This document shows positions 25,857 through 38,100 of a stretch of DNA of 64,000 nt, one piece after another. The notes under the pieces were generated by a model. That model was not told the DNA's origin and did not search any database. It saw only the letters and a list, made by a program, of their open reading frames with translations. The stretch's first letter is position 1. The number at the start of each line of letters is the position of its first letter. Position numbers and translations under genes: made by a program. Origin of the DNA: Podarcis vaucheri (taxonomy: Eukaryota); NCBI GenBank assembly GCA_965113315.1, contig OZ220376.1, one strand, 5' to 3'.

Positions 25857-26788
25857 CGTAAAACACCCAGAATTCCTCCAGACATGCTGATACCTCCCTT
25901 CTTTGCATGGGGTTGTGGTTCTGCCATTTTGGCTGCCTATGTGTTGACACTCAGCCTGTGAAGTTGAGAAATAGAGGAAGAATTGCCAGAAACAGAAACA
26001 ACCCCGCGGGCCTTGGATATAGGAAAGTTACTAATCAGCTGTGTGTTTATGTGATCAGAGGCATTAAGTGAAAGAATCAGAGGATTCTGGGGAATAACTT
26101 GGATCCTACTCAGTGCTGCAGTATTGCAAAGGATCTTTAAGTGCCCCTAAAAATTCTGCCACTCTGGTCAAGTAGAGGGGGGAAAAACGCAGATTCCACC
26201 CTCTTTGGTCAAAGAGTTCAGCTCTGCACCTGGAGGGCTGTCACTTCCACAAATTAAATACTAGGGAGTGAGTTTAAAGTTCAGCTGCCTCCCTCCTTCC
26301 CCACCCCACCCCAACACCTTGCTCAGATTTTCTGCTGCTGTGCTTTCCTTGTTATGCTTGAGCTCCTTGCTGACGAGTGCTAATAGCAAAATGCCAAGTG
26401 AGGGCCTGTTTGGGGTTTACCACATATTAAACATTCTGAACTTGTCCTTTTGCTCATAGATTGGGCATAATTAATAATTAAACAGCTTCTGTTGTAATGG
26501 GTTGACCTTCCTGAACTGTTCATTATTCACAAGGCAAAGGCATCACTCAAAACATCCCTCTCCCCCTCAACACACACATTGCCCTTCTCTGTACTCAAAA
26601 CTGGAGATATACAAAGCGCTTGGGTTGGTTTTCCTTCTCTCTCTCTCTTCTTCTACTCCCTTTCTCTTTTTTTAATGCCGTAACTTGGGCTTTCCCCAGG
26701 ATCAGCCTCTCAAAGTTTAGCTGGGTAAAATAAGAAAGGAACAAACTGGTATATCATGGAGAGCTGGTGTGGGGCTTTTGGAGGACCT

Positions 26789-26972
26789 TAACATAAGAAC
26801 GTAAGGAGAGCAACCCAAAGGAGGCCCATTTAGTCCAGCATCCGGTTCTCACAGTGGCCAATGAGATGCCCCAGTGCAAAACAGCACTCTCCCCTTCTTC
26901 GGTTTCCAGAAATATACTGCCTCTGACAGTGGAGGTAGAACATAGTCATCAAGCTTAGTAGCCATTGATAGA
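26789..26972 (-). mobile_element. CR1-type LINE 3' fragment
   Basis: aacataagaac...tagtccagcatccggttctcacagtggccaa...tagtagccattgataga. Confidence 0.65.
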
Positions 26973-29272
26973 CAAATTCATGGAAGTAAGGCTAATTTGT
27001 GTGGTGGACTCCTCCCTTCTTATTAACCACCACTTTCATAACTCACACTTCTCCCAAAGTCTGCAGTTCAAATCTTGCTTCGGCCTCAAGCTCTCACCAA
27101 GTTAAACCAAGCCAGTGCTCTCTCTCCTTCTCAGGGTTCGTGGGTTTGGCAAAGTGGTCTGCAGTCAGCAAACACAGGTCTCCCCCTTGTTGCTTAGCCC
27201 AGGCCAGAAAGTTAGCCTGACCTGGTGCATTCACCTTTAAAAAGGAACACCTCTGCGCTGTGGGTGCAAAACGACTTGCAGTTCCCTCCTTCGGCCAGAA
27301 GCAGGCGGTGGTGTGCAGGCAGATCCTCAGCCAAGACCACTCCTACTCGCCCCCCAGGCTCGGGCTCTAGCCCAATACCCACTCTGGACCCAAGTCCTGA
27401 CACCCTCCCCACACACCTGCAGTGTGAGAACGGTGACATCGTTCTACCTGACAGGGCTGTTAGCAAGATTCCTGAAAGAAAGTACGTAACGGGCTTTGCA
27501 CGCTTGGCCTGCGCTATGACAGCTTGTCATCCTTGCTGAATGAGTGACACCTGCACGTGCTTCTTTTGCGAAGCCTCTTTCTGGTGGTGGTGGTAGCAAG
27601 AGCCACGAGATACAAGTGGCAGCTGTACCTTCTGCGACTCATTCAGCTGCCAGGTTCAAAGTTGCCCTCCCCACATGGCAGAATCCTCAAAAGTGTGTGT
27701 CAAAGGCAGCCCCTCAGAACGCTGTCGCCTTTTACTCTTCAGTTACTTTTGATTTAATTGTATTTTGCTGCAATTTCCGATTGTTTGAATCGGAAACAAA
27801 GCCTTAATAAGAGTTCTAGTTAATTTTCTGTCTTGTAATTACCACTCTCATTTTTCTGATAATTGGCCGCCGCAATTATATGTATATTTACTAATCACGT
27901 CAGCAGCTCGGTGGTCGCTTCTCCCTGCCGCCATTGATAATGATATGCGCGCATGTATTGTGAAGCTGGCTTTTATCATCATCATCATCTCCTCTCCTCT
28001 TCTTCTGTTTCTTCTTTTTTTTTAAATTCCCCCCACCCCTCCTTCCCGCACCACATCAAAGCTATTTCCCTCGCAACCCTCCATAATGAACCCCACACAT
28101 GCATTTGACACAGTTGTGTGCGAGAGAAATTGTTTGGCTCCCACCAAATGCTGCACGCTCTGAGTTTCTTGCCTGCAGCACTGGAAGGTTGTATGTGATG
28201 ATATATGACTCTTGCAAATGGCCAAAGCACTCCAAAGCACGGCAAGATTAAAATAAGTCATTCCTTTGTTAATTTAAATAGGTGCATGCATCATACTTTG
28301 CAAAGCACTCAGGGACGGGGTGGGGGGAGGTTGTGGGGGGCGGGGGAAACGGTGGCAAAAGCTGCCGAAAGGTATTTTTAATAGCAAATGAGAATAGATG
28401 AGAACGGAGTCATTTGCAGCTGACTCCTGTTTTATGTGGTTCTCTTGTTCCAACTGTAGGTCTAATGAGATGACTGTTAAAGTACTCCGCAGTGCAATTT
28501 CATTACATCCTGAGCTGTTACACTATAAACACTGGCAAGTCTCTCTGTCATTTTTGGGGGGCGGGGGGGGGGAGATGGCAGAAACTCTCCTCAATTTGTA
28601 AATCCCTATTTTGCTGGTGAAATATTCCTCTTTGGAAAATAATACGGATGTTTCTTGAGTTTTTTAAAATGCATTTGTTAGCCTTGTGTTTTGATAGATT
28701 TGTTGTTCGTTGGCTCAACTTGCAATTTACTATTTTTTTAATTTTTTTATTTAGTTCTCCATATACCCCCCTGGCCTCTCCTGCTTAACTCTAACAAGAT
28801 TTGAGATTGCTAAGTGTAAATAAATAGCAACTATGATGCAGGAAGCAAAGGTCAACACAAGAATAATTTCCCAGCTCTTTGTTAATTACAAGACCATTTG
28901 GGTGTTACTTAAATAATCATTAATTTCTCATTTACACTTTCCCTACCTTCTTTTCTGCCCCGTGGCTATCATTGTCCCTTTTTACCTCCCCTTGGTCTTA
29001 TTTCTACGTATTCTTACCCGTTGTATAACACTCATTACTTCTAAATGCAGGATTTCTGACACATTCTCACGGCTTCACCCTCTCTCCCCCCACACGTACA
29101 CAGTCTGGTATTTGAAATCAACATCATCCCCTGCTTGCTTTCCATCTGAAATCAACTATACAATTAACAAATTGCACTTTCACTTTCTGATGCTGTTGTT
29201 GTTGTTGTCCCCCTCCTTTCTCTCCCGCCTCCCCCCATTGCCCCCACCTGCCCAATCCAAACTCAATTGCAG

Positions 29273-29334
29273 GAATCGCCTGTCCTTCCGGTTGGGGAGT
29301 TCTCAGAGCCGTTTGTACACTTCATCACTCAATG
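29273..29334 (+). CDS. MAP2K5: MAP2K5 internal coding exon (62 nt, ESPVLPVGEFSEPFVHFITQ+TG)
   Basis: ttgcag|GAATCG...CAATG|gtaagc. Matches MEK5 (D/E)SPVLPVGEFSEPFVHFITQC; ends in phase 2. Confidence 0.97.
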
Positions 29335-31250
29335 GTAAGCTTCGTTTGCAAATGTGCCGTGCCCTCAATGTAAATGATACATGCCATTAACTCCACAGTA
29401 CCACAGGACCTTATGGCTTTCCCTGCATCCTTCCAGAGACGCCAGGGACTTGGCAGGCCTTGGGCAGCTGGGCCAGCAAAGCTGAGCAAACTGTTTAAAT
29501 TATGTAAACGTTATTTACACAAAGGGTCATAAAAGCACTTCAGAGGGAGAGTTTTTACCCCCCGCCCCTGTTTTAATAAACGGTTGGGGATCTTGGGTGT
29601 ATTCTCAAGGAATTGGTGTGTGCGTGTGTGTGTTTGTGTTTTAAATCACTCGGAAAAATAAGGATGACAGATAATCATATTTATAACTCCATTATTCAGG
29701 CATTCTCATATTCCTTAGGAAAGCAGGCAACCTTTTTAAATGGGGTAAACAATGCACTTGATTAATTCATGGGCTTTTCATTTAGAAGTGGTTTTATGGA
29801 GTTCTTCTTTGGGAGGGTACTCTTCTCAGTAAGGGCCGTATTTTAAACCACACCGTAGGGCATGTTTTGCTTCTTCCAGACAAACTGCCTCATTCAGTGG
29901 AAGGCCACTAAAATTAACTAGGTGTTGTTTTTTTTTAATATAAAAAAAGGAATCTAGTTTTAAAAAGGAATCTCCTGAGCACCAAAAGGTTAAAGATCTA
30001 AGTACAACCTATTACAATGAAGGCATGTTTTAATGTCTCATTTATAGAGAAAGCTTAATAAGCAGGCGATAAAGGATGAGAGAGAGAGATTGAGCTTGGT
30101 CTAAATGATTTGGGTTTAATGGAGAATAATTGCCTTTTTTATCCTGTCAAGATGAACTTTCTGGACAAAAACTGTCAATGGACATAATTCAACAGTGCAA
30201 AGCAAGCACGCAACCCCTAAGCTTCTAGGCAAACTGAGTAGGTGAGAACTCTTGGATTCAGACATGTTGCAGAAGCTGGAGATGGAGGAGGATGCTCAAC
30301 ACTGCGCAGAATTAGGCCATCCATTAGCTACTATGATAGGAATCCATGTGTAAAAATATATGGATACTCACCATCAAAACTGATTCCCAGAAAACACCCA
30401 TAGGTTCCTTGGTTCTAAATCCCCTTTTCTTTGGAAATAAAAGTTTGATTGCCAGCCACAAATTTACTACCAAAGAAGTGTCCAGGAATCAGCTCCTTAC
30501 GCAAAGAGGCATTTGGATACATTCAGATTATGCGAATTTACACTAATGCGAGAGAACCTTCTCTAGAGTGTCCCAAAGGATGATGTTCTGACAGAAGAAT
30601 TAACAGTGTGACTTTACAGTTAATTGAAATAATAAATACAAGGCTTATGTTTATTATAAGACTGATCCAGTTTCGGGTAGATTAGGTTTTTACGCTGCAG
30701 CCATAATTGTGGGTGATCTATCCTGCTCTTGCTGACTGAGGTGCAGGGGGCTGTACCTTTCTGTCTCTTCCCAGAGATTAATCTGAAAACATATCGTTTT
30801 TATATATTTTTAATTGAGGCAGGAGGAGGGCTAACCTCTATAGAAATGTCCACAGATGTCAGGCTGAAGCATAAATGATGGCAGATAATAGCCTTGTTCT
30901 CCCACGAGATCCAGCTACTTTGGAATGTCAGATTAAGAGGGTTGCCAAGGCGGCTTTGAATGGCTTGCAAGAATGCAACCCTCCGTTGGGCTGTGCATGG
31001 CTATTAGTTACAAGGGGAGCGATCCACCAAGTGCTCCTGCTGCTGACTTGTCCTCCTTTAAGTTCTTTGGAGCTTGTGCTGCATGAGTATTTATGAAACA
31101 GACAAAGATTACACAGCAGCAGTGCCTGGTGCCATTAAAACTGCACAGGGCAACTATAGATCTTCCAAGGGGCACTGTTCTCTGCAAGCTCTCAAGTTGT
31201 GGCAGGTGGGACTGCCCAGGTCACACACTATGCTATGCTACATGTTTTAG

Positions 31251-31434
31251 GCACATAGCAAGCTGCTTTCTGTTGAGTCAGAACATTTGCTCCAGTCTAG
31301 CTCAGTATTTTCAACCTTGCAGCAGATCTCCAAGGTTTCTGGCAGGGATCTCTCCCATCTGTGGAGAAGCTACCAGGGATTGAACCTGAGATCTTCTGCA
31401 TGGGAAAAATTTGCTATATCACTGAGCTATAGCT
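31251..31434 (-). mobile_element. Squam3-like SINE
   Basis: ctagctcagtatt...ctccaaggtttc...gggattgaacctgagatcttctgcatg...cactgagctatagc. Confidence 0.7.
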
Positions 31435-31477
31435 TCTTTTTTTAACCTCTTAGAAGAGTGGTTGACTTGCACAAACT

Positions 31478-31690
31478 GGTGTAGCCTAGGGGTTAAGAGT
31501 GTGAGCTGTAAGCCAGATGGGCTCCAACCTCCCAGTTCAAATCTCACTGCAACCACAGGTTCACCAGCTCACCTTAGGGTGCTATTCTAGCCATCTCCCT
31601 CCTCCAACAGGGATAATAATATTGGCCCCACAGGGCTGTTGTAAGAGTTCCTGAAGTATTAATATGTGCAAATTGTTTTTAAAAGCTTAA
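31478..31690 (+). mobile_element. MIR-like SINE (decayed)
   Basis: ggtgtagcctaggggttaagagtgtgagctg...gttcaaatctc...gggataataat...cacagggctgttgtaag. Confidence 0.55.
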
Positions 31691-32592
31691 TAACAACAAC
31701 AACAACAATTTTATTATATATATCCCACCTGTATGTAAATGCTTATTGTGGTAAGTACCCTAACATGGGAGGAGACATAAATTGGTTGCCATTGCTTCCT
31801 TGATCTGGATGGGGAGATAACGGAGACAAAATCTGAGGCTGCTGAACAAACTCTTGAACTGCGGTGTTTGGGGGTTTTGTTGAGAGTCGGGGATTGTTGC
31901 TGGGGTTTTTTTATATCTTTATTTTATATCTTGTGGTTTATATGGAAATTGTTCGGTTTGGTCGTGTATTTTTTAACTCTTTCTTGATTGTTTATGACTG
32001 CTTTTGTTACATTGTATTTATGTATTTATGTATTTTTCCCCATGTTATAAACTGCCCTGAGCATACAAAATTTATGTATGTCTGTATGAAGTAGAGGTGC
32101 ATGTAGCACATTGCACAGCAGCAAACCTGAATTGGCCAATCACAGGCCCCTAGTGAGTAAACTTGCATAACACCTATTTGTCTCGCACTACACATTTCAC
32201 ATGTGTATGCCTAAGAGGATCTAAGTGAACACCTAAAAACGTAATGTGTGTGAAGTGCCCCGGCAACAAGCAAACTGGGAGAAAGGGTGGCTGGTCCAGG
32301 GGTTGCCAAATAGCAGAGGCTGCCGTGTGGGCTCCATTGTGGAGTGCCTGGTGGTGCCCACCTTAATTCATGGTGGCAGAAGCAGTCAAGTTAAAGAAGA
32401 ACAGTGACATTTCAAGTGCATTCATAAAGCTATCTTGGGTGGGGGTGGGGTTGGTTTTATTCATTAACTGTTGGTCATCCGTAATAAGAGACTTTTAAAA
32501 AAGTAAATCTTCAGCATTCTGAGATAATGAAGTAAATGACTAGTGCTTTTTCACACCAAATCTGGGTTCTGTTTTTTGTTGTTGCTGCACAG

Positions 32593-32638
32593 CATGAGAA
32601 AGCAGCCAAAGGAACGCCCAGCCCCTGAAGAGTTAATG
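32593..32638 (+). CDS. MAP2K5: MAP2K5 penultimate coding exon (46 nt, C+MRKQPKERPAPEELM)
   Basis: gcacag|CATGAG...TTAATG|gtaagt. First C completes the TG-C Cys codon from the previous exon; contains the kinase subdomain XI Arg. Confidence 0.97.
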
Positions 32639-35600
32639 GTAAGTAAATCTTCAGCCTTCTCATTACAACACAAACAAGAAAAGTTTTGCTGATTTATGAC
32701 ATGCAGAAGTTTGTTGGGGGTGTTTTTCCTCCATAAGTTAACTAACATTAAATCTAAATTTTGCTTCCAGCTCTGACAGCCAGCAGACGTTGGCGTAATG
32801 CACATAAGCTTCTATCTTGGTTTCAGAATCATAACAGTGGTTATGGGACACATTTTGTTTGAAAGGTCTCTTGATCAAAGCAAGATGCTGTCTGTATTAG
32901 GAATTACTCAGATTTCTTCCTTCATTTACTGAATTATTTCTTTTTTAAAAAAACTTTTTTAAACTGAATTCTACAGTAGTTTCTATAAACTTGTATCCAC
33001 CCTTATAGTATACATTGGCAGGGTTCTATAATCCTGTTGCGAAGCTGATCTTGGGGTTTCTATGGAACTTTTTCATAATTAGATGTGACGTTCTTCCTCA
33101 CCAAATTGCCAAGAGAAATGTCTTCATTTCTACAGGTTGCCCTTTGTCCTTTTTTTTCTTTCTTTCCTTTTTTAAAGTCCTTTATTTTGCTTTTAGGTTT
33201 ACAGTCATGCTCTCTGACATGATCAGTGCATAACAATTCACTAAATACAATGGCAAGAGCAGAAACATAATAAACAACAAATCTCATTAATGGTCTTTTC
33301 CTTTCTAAGTTGCCCTTTGTTTCTGCCCATGCTGAACTTTGTATAATAATGAAACATTTTTATTTATTTTTATTTTATTCAAACAAAATCCCTTCAATAC
33401 ACTTTTACCCATAGATCACCTTTGTTCTTGATAGGTCAAATAGGTTCGTTTACTTTCCCAGTAGAGAACTGGGAGGAAGCTAAGATGAGTTATGTTTTCG
33501 CAACAGAATGAAATAACCATGGCCAAGAGTCACAGATTTATTTATTTTTAAAGTAAACTTTATTGAATTTTTGTAGAAGTATGTTAGACTGTTGTACTGA
33601 ATGCCACAGAATTGAACACCGGGGTGGGGGGGCAGGGGTTTGGCCTGCATTCCTCAAACAGCTGTGTACTCTATCACTTTTATTGATTGAAAAACATTTA
33701 TATAAGGCTTAGTGTTTTAGAAATCTCTGAGCAGTGTGCAGTCTAAAAAATAAACAATGCACCATTAAAAAAAATTAAAACAAAAGCCGAATCACAACCT
33801 TGGACCAGTAAAACAGCAAATAAAAACACATCAAAGCAGATAAAAGTGAATAAAACAGAAATTTGTTAACAAATAAAACAGGATCTGGGCAAAAAGAAGA
33901 GTCTCCACCAAAACGTCTGAAACAACGGAGGGTTGACGCTTCACCTGTGGCAGAGGCAAGGACATTCCTGAAACAAGGCTCCAAAGGAGATTTCAATACG
34001 ACAGGAATGAAGTGTGTGTGAAAAAGGAAAAAGTCTAAAATGCCGCTGTGCTAGTTGAGGCCCTAGAGGTGCCACCTCCCTCTGCAACTCTTCCTCTGCA
34101 TGGGCACCACGTTTGTCAGATATGTGACCATGTTTATAAAACTGGATGTGAGTAATTTCTGCTACTGCTGAAGAGAGCTGTTAAGCAATTGCAGAAATAC
34201 CTTGGTGAGGAGGAACTTTGTATTTCCCCCCCACACCGTCCATTCTGTCTCTGGGTAGTGATGGTTGAGGCTGCCTTAATTTGCCGCTCTCTCTTTTTTT
34301 ATTAACTTTTGATGGTTGGAAGGTTCCTGCACTTAGTCACATCTGAGAGAACTTGGAACAGGTTCTAGAGATGGAGATGCATTTACCTGATGCGTTGTTA
34401 TTATTCTATGGCTGGGTAGCTTGACTATTAAACCAACAGAATGGGGTTTCATAAAACCTGTATCTCTTTGTAAATGCATGTTTTCCGTGATGCAATAGGC
34501 CTGCCACTTATAAATAAAACATCTGCAGATCGCACTTCCAACCCTCAGTATATATGTGCGTGTTCGGAAGCTGTAACACCACTCCAGGGTGTAAAGTCAT
34601 AAAGACGGAGGCCAAGGGGTGAGTGCCTATAGGAACAACGACATAGAGTTATATATCTTTCCAACTACCTGCCCTGAAGTGCCGGGTCCTACTCATAAGA
34701 CAGTATCTTCTCCCATCCCCCCTTTAATAATTAAAAAAAGGCACAATGGCTTTTTAAAAAAGACTCTTTTTTAATATATATATAAAAATTAACACTTTCT
34801 TCCACATTGCTTTCCCTTCACTGCGAATGGCTTCTGAAGCCTGGCCACTCAGTATTGAAAGGGGCATCTGACTGTGTTGAGAAGTCTGATTGATGCCTTG
34901 CTTGATGCCACAGTCATAGACCCAAAAGAGAAGGGGGATGTTGCTTGTGCAGAGACCCCAACGGCTCTTGCACAGACGTTCCTGGTGCATTGTGTCCTGG
35001 ATTTTGTTTTGTCATCAGATTCTTCCTTGCTTATGCTCCAGAGATCAGGTCACTTGGACCTAATCAGGACTGCCTTGTTCGTGGTGACCCATGACAGGCC
35101 CTTCTCAGTGGCCATTCTGGCAAGTAACTCTGCAGGCCTTGGGGTTACCAAAAAGAGAGAAGTGGCAGTAAGTGATCTGGACAGTGGAACAAGGGATGGG
35201 CAAGACTTTTGAAAGCTTCATGGATAAAAGAGTCTCTCTTTCTCTCTCTCTCTGGCTTTGTAATGTTATTGTTGGCATCCGTCTGTTTTGAGAGACAATG
35301 GATTGTGCCTCCAGGGATGAAGTCAAACCCTCTGCGTTAGGAGCTTCGAAGTTACCTCCCTGGGGCACAAGCTTGGACTGTGTGTATAGAGGTCCTGGTC
35401 TGCTCAGACAACAAGACGCCCCTCTCAGCCTCACTGATGTGGTCCAAAGGAAAGCAGAGCAATATGTTTGGCACTAGCTTGGCTGCAGGAGTTGCCAGAA
35501 TGAGGCACCACCCAACCATCTTAGGAACTCCACTCTGGATTTATGCAGGGTTTACTCCTTAGCTTTTTCTTCTCCTGAAGATATCCCACAAGGCAGCGGA

Positions 35601-36592
35601 AATTTAGAGTCAGAGTTTTCCTTCTCCTAGATGGGGTACCTTCCCAGGTTGATGAGCCCCTTTTGCCCCTCACTTCCCTCTGCAGTAAGCGCAGAAACTG
35701 CCTTCTTGACCATTGGACCCACAATTAGTGTTGTCTGCTCAATCTGCCAGAGCCTATCTTCGCATGCAATGGAAGTCCCTAACTCACTCTTAAAAAGCGT
35801 CCTCTGATTCTTTGGACTCAAACACACACATAGAAAAAGAGAGAAGAAACAAAGACCAAAAGCACTGTGTACTACCAAATCTTATTTCTGCTGCTGTCCT
35901 ATTGCATTTCAATCCATTTTAAATGGGGCTTGTACAGCAAAACCTCCTGGTGGAATGTGGCCAAGGCCAACTCCTAGTGGAAATGATGCTACTAACTTTG
36001 GTGGGAGCTGCATTAGGATGGGAAGTTATAATAAACCCTTAAAAACTTGGCTTTCTGAAATGCATATAATAATTTAGCTATAATTAACTGAGAGTGGGAA
36101 AATACTGGAGCTCAGCTATCTTCATTTGCTGCCACCCTTTAATTATACTAAATTGCCTGCATGGTCCCAATATCTCCAATGGCTAATATCCAGAGAACTG
36201 GAAGCATCTATTTTTATCCCTCCTCTCACTGCTCATGAATGACTTACAAATGACCTACAGCAGCTTTCACCAACCTGTCACCTTTCAGGTACTTTGGAGT
36301 ACAACTCCCATTAGGCCCAGCCAGCACATCTGGAAGGCACCAGATCCTTCTTGGGTAGTTGGTCCACCTTGGTCCCCACCCTGCACTCAGCTCTCACCCA
36401 TGGTGCCTAGAAGTTTTCATCATGTGACAGCAGCCACAACCCAGGAAACAGCTTTGTCAGGCCAGCTTAACCAGGTGCAGGTAGCCAATGGGTCTCAAAG
36501 AATGTTCATATAAGCTCCATGTAAACACAAAGCAAAAGACCCTGAAAATCAGTGAGCTAATTCACCTTGAGCCAAGTACCTGATAAAATATA

Positions 36593-36818
36593 CAGTGGTA
36601 CCTCGGGTTACATACGCTTCAGGTTACAGACTCCACTAACCCAGAAATATTACCTCAGGTTAAGAACTTTGCTTCAGGATGAGAACAGAAATTGTGTTCT
36701 GGCAGCGCAGCAGCAGCGGGAGGCCCCATTAGCTAAAGTGGTGCTTCAGGTTAAGAACGGTTTGAGGTTAAGAATGGACCTCTGGAATGAATTAAGTACT
36801 TAACCCGAGGTACCACTG
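36593..36818 (+). mobile_element. Tc1/mariner (Tigger-like) MITE, copy A (orientation arbitrary)
   Basis: TIR cagtggtacctcgggtta / taacccgaggtaccactg; TA on the left, TC on the right. Confidence 0.9.
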
Positions 36819-36879
36819 TCTGACACTTGACTGCAGAACTATCCCACACTTGGACATGCAAGAACCTATTCTATGTATT

Positions 36880-37070
36880 TATTATTTTAGCCTATTAGTA
36901 TCATGTCCTTTCTCCAAGGAACTTGGGATAGTGACATTTATCCCATTCTGCCCTCACAACAGCCCTACAAAGTCATTTAGGTTGAGAATGTCTGACTGGC
37001 CCAAGGTCACCCAGCGAGCTTCATGCCCAAGTCTCCCTGTTCCAAGTCAGTCACTGTCTGCTTCACCACA
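36880..37070 (-). mobile_element. MIR-like SINE (decayed)
   Basis: cctcacaacagccct...tgactggcccaaggtcacccagcgagcttcatg, the reverse of the 16660 family. Confidence 0.6.
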
Positions 37071-38062
37071 CTTTTCAGATATTTTGCCTGATGAAGACTT
37101 CTGTGGAACGTGAAAGCTTGCATCATACTTGAGCTACTTGAGCAAGTAAAAAAGAGCCATCATTTCATTCATCCTGCATGCTTATAGATGGGAATCATTT
37201 TTAGTTTCTTTAAAGCACTTTTTCTGCCTTGATATCAGGATAGAATCCACAAGTTCTCAGAAAAATATGCAAAGATTTGTTTACACTACTGCACCTCCAT
37301 TTAAAATCTAAATCAGGCTTTGGCTTGGTGGGAGAGTCACTTTTATCTGATGGAGGTGTGTTCTCCAGGTGTGGCTGAATGCCACAGGAATTCACATGGG
37401 ACAGGAGGCTATACATTTGCGCACTCCAACCCAGACGCCGTCGATCTCGGCCTCAGTGGCACCGTTTTCCTGAAGCTTTCAGTTCCTAAGCTCTATTTAA
37501 TGGAATCTATGCATAGTAAGTAACCGGGTCAGAGAGAGGCAGCCTTCCCCTGTTTGAGATCAATCGCTGGCTAATACTTTATCTAGGTCACTTTATTATC
37601 TCATGGCAATGCGTTCCCATTCGCCTCCTCCTTTTGTAAGACACACTTCAGCTGTGGGGAAAGTGCGTTATCGCATACATATTAAAAACATATACCCATT
37701 CTATCTGTATGTAAATGTGCGAGGCACAGCTGGATATTGCCAAGGAGTTTGATTTACTAATGGTTATTATCTGTTCTCGCTGTTCAGTGGCAGAGAGTGT
37801 TTCAGCAAGCATGCTAACATGGAAATTGTCTCCCAGTAGCACCGGCCTGCTTTTGAGAATTGTTTAAAAAGATGGCCCCGTTTTCTGGGGCTTTTGCATG
37901 GCTGTGTTTTTTCAGATGCTGTTGCAGTCCCTTGGTGGGTTTCCTAGTGAAGCGTGTACTATTGATAGAAAGTTAAGAGCAAACCAGAGTGTTTCTTAAG
38001 GCCGTTCCTCATCTGAAGCACCCTCCGCTGCAGGACCCCAGCAGAATGGCAGCTTAGCCATC

Positions 38063-38100
38063 CCTCCTCCTCCTCCTCCTCCTCCTCCTCCTCCTCCTCC
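38063..38100. repeat. (CCT)n microsatellite
   Basis: Read directly; gives the poly-E in the spurious ORF. Confidence 0.9.

Noticed and set aside
34874-35212. 112-aa ORF with protein-like composition
   Set aside because: Non-ATG start, no recognisable homology, no convincing splice context.
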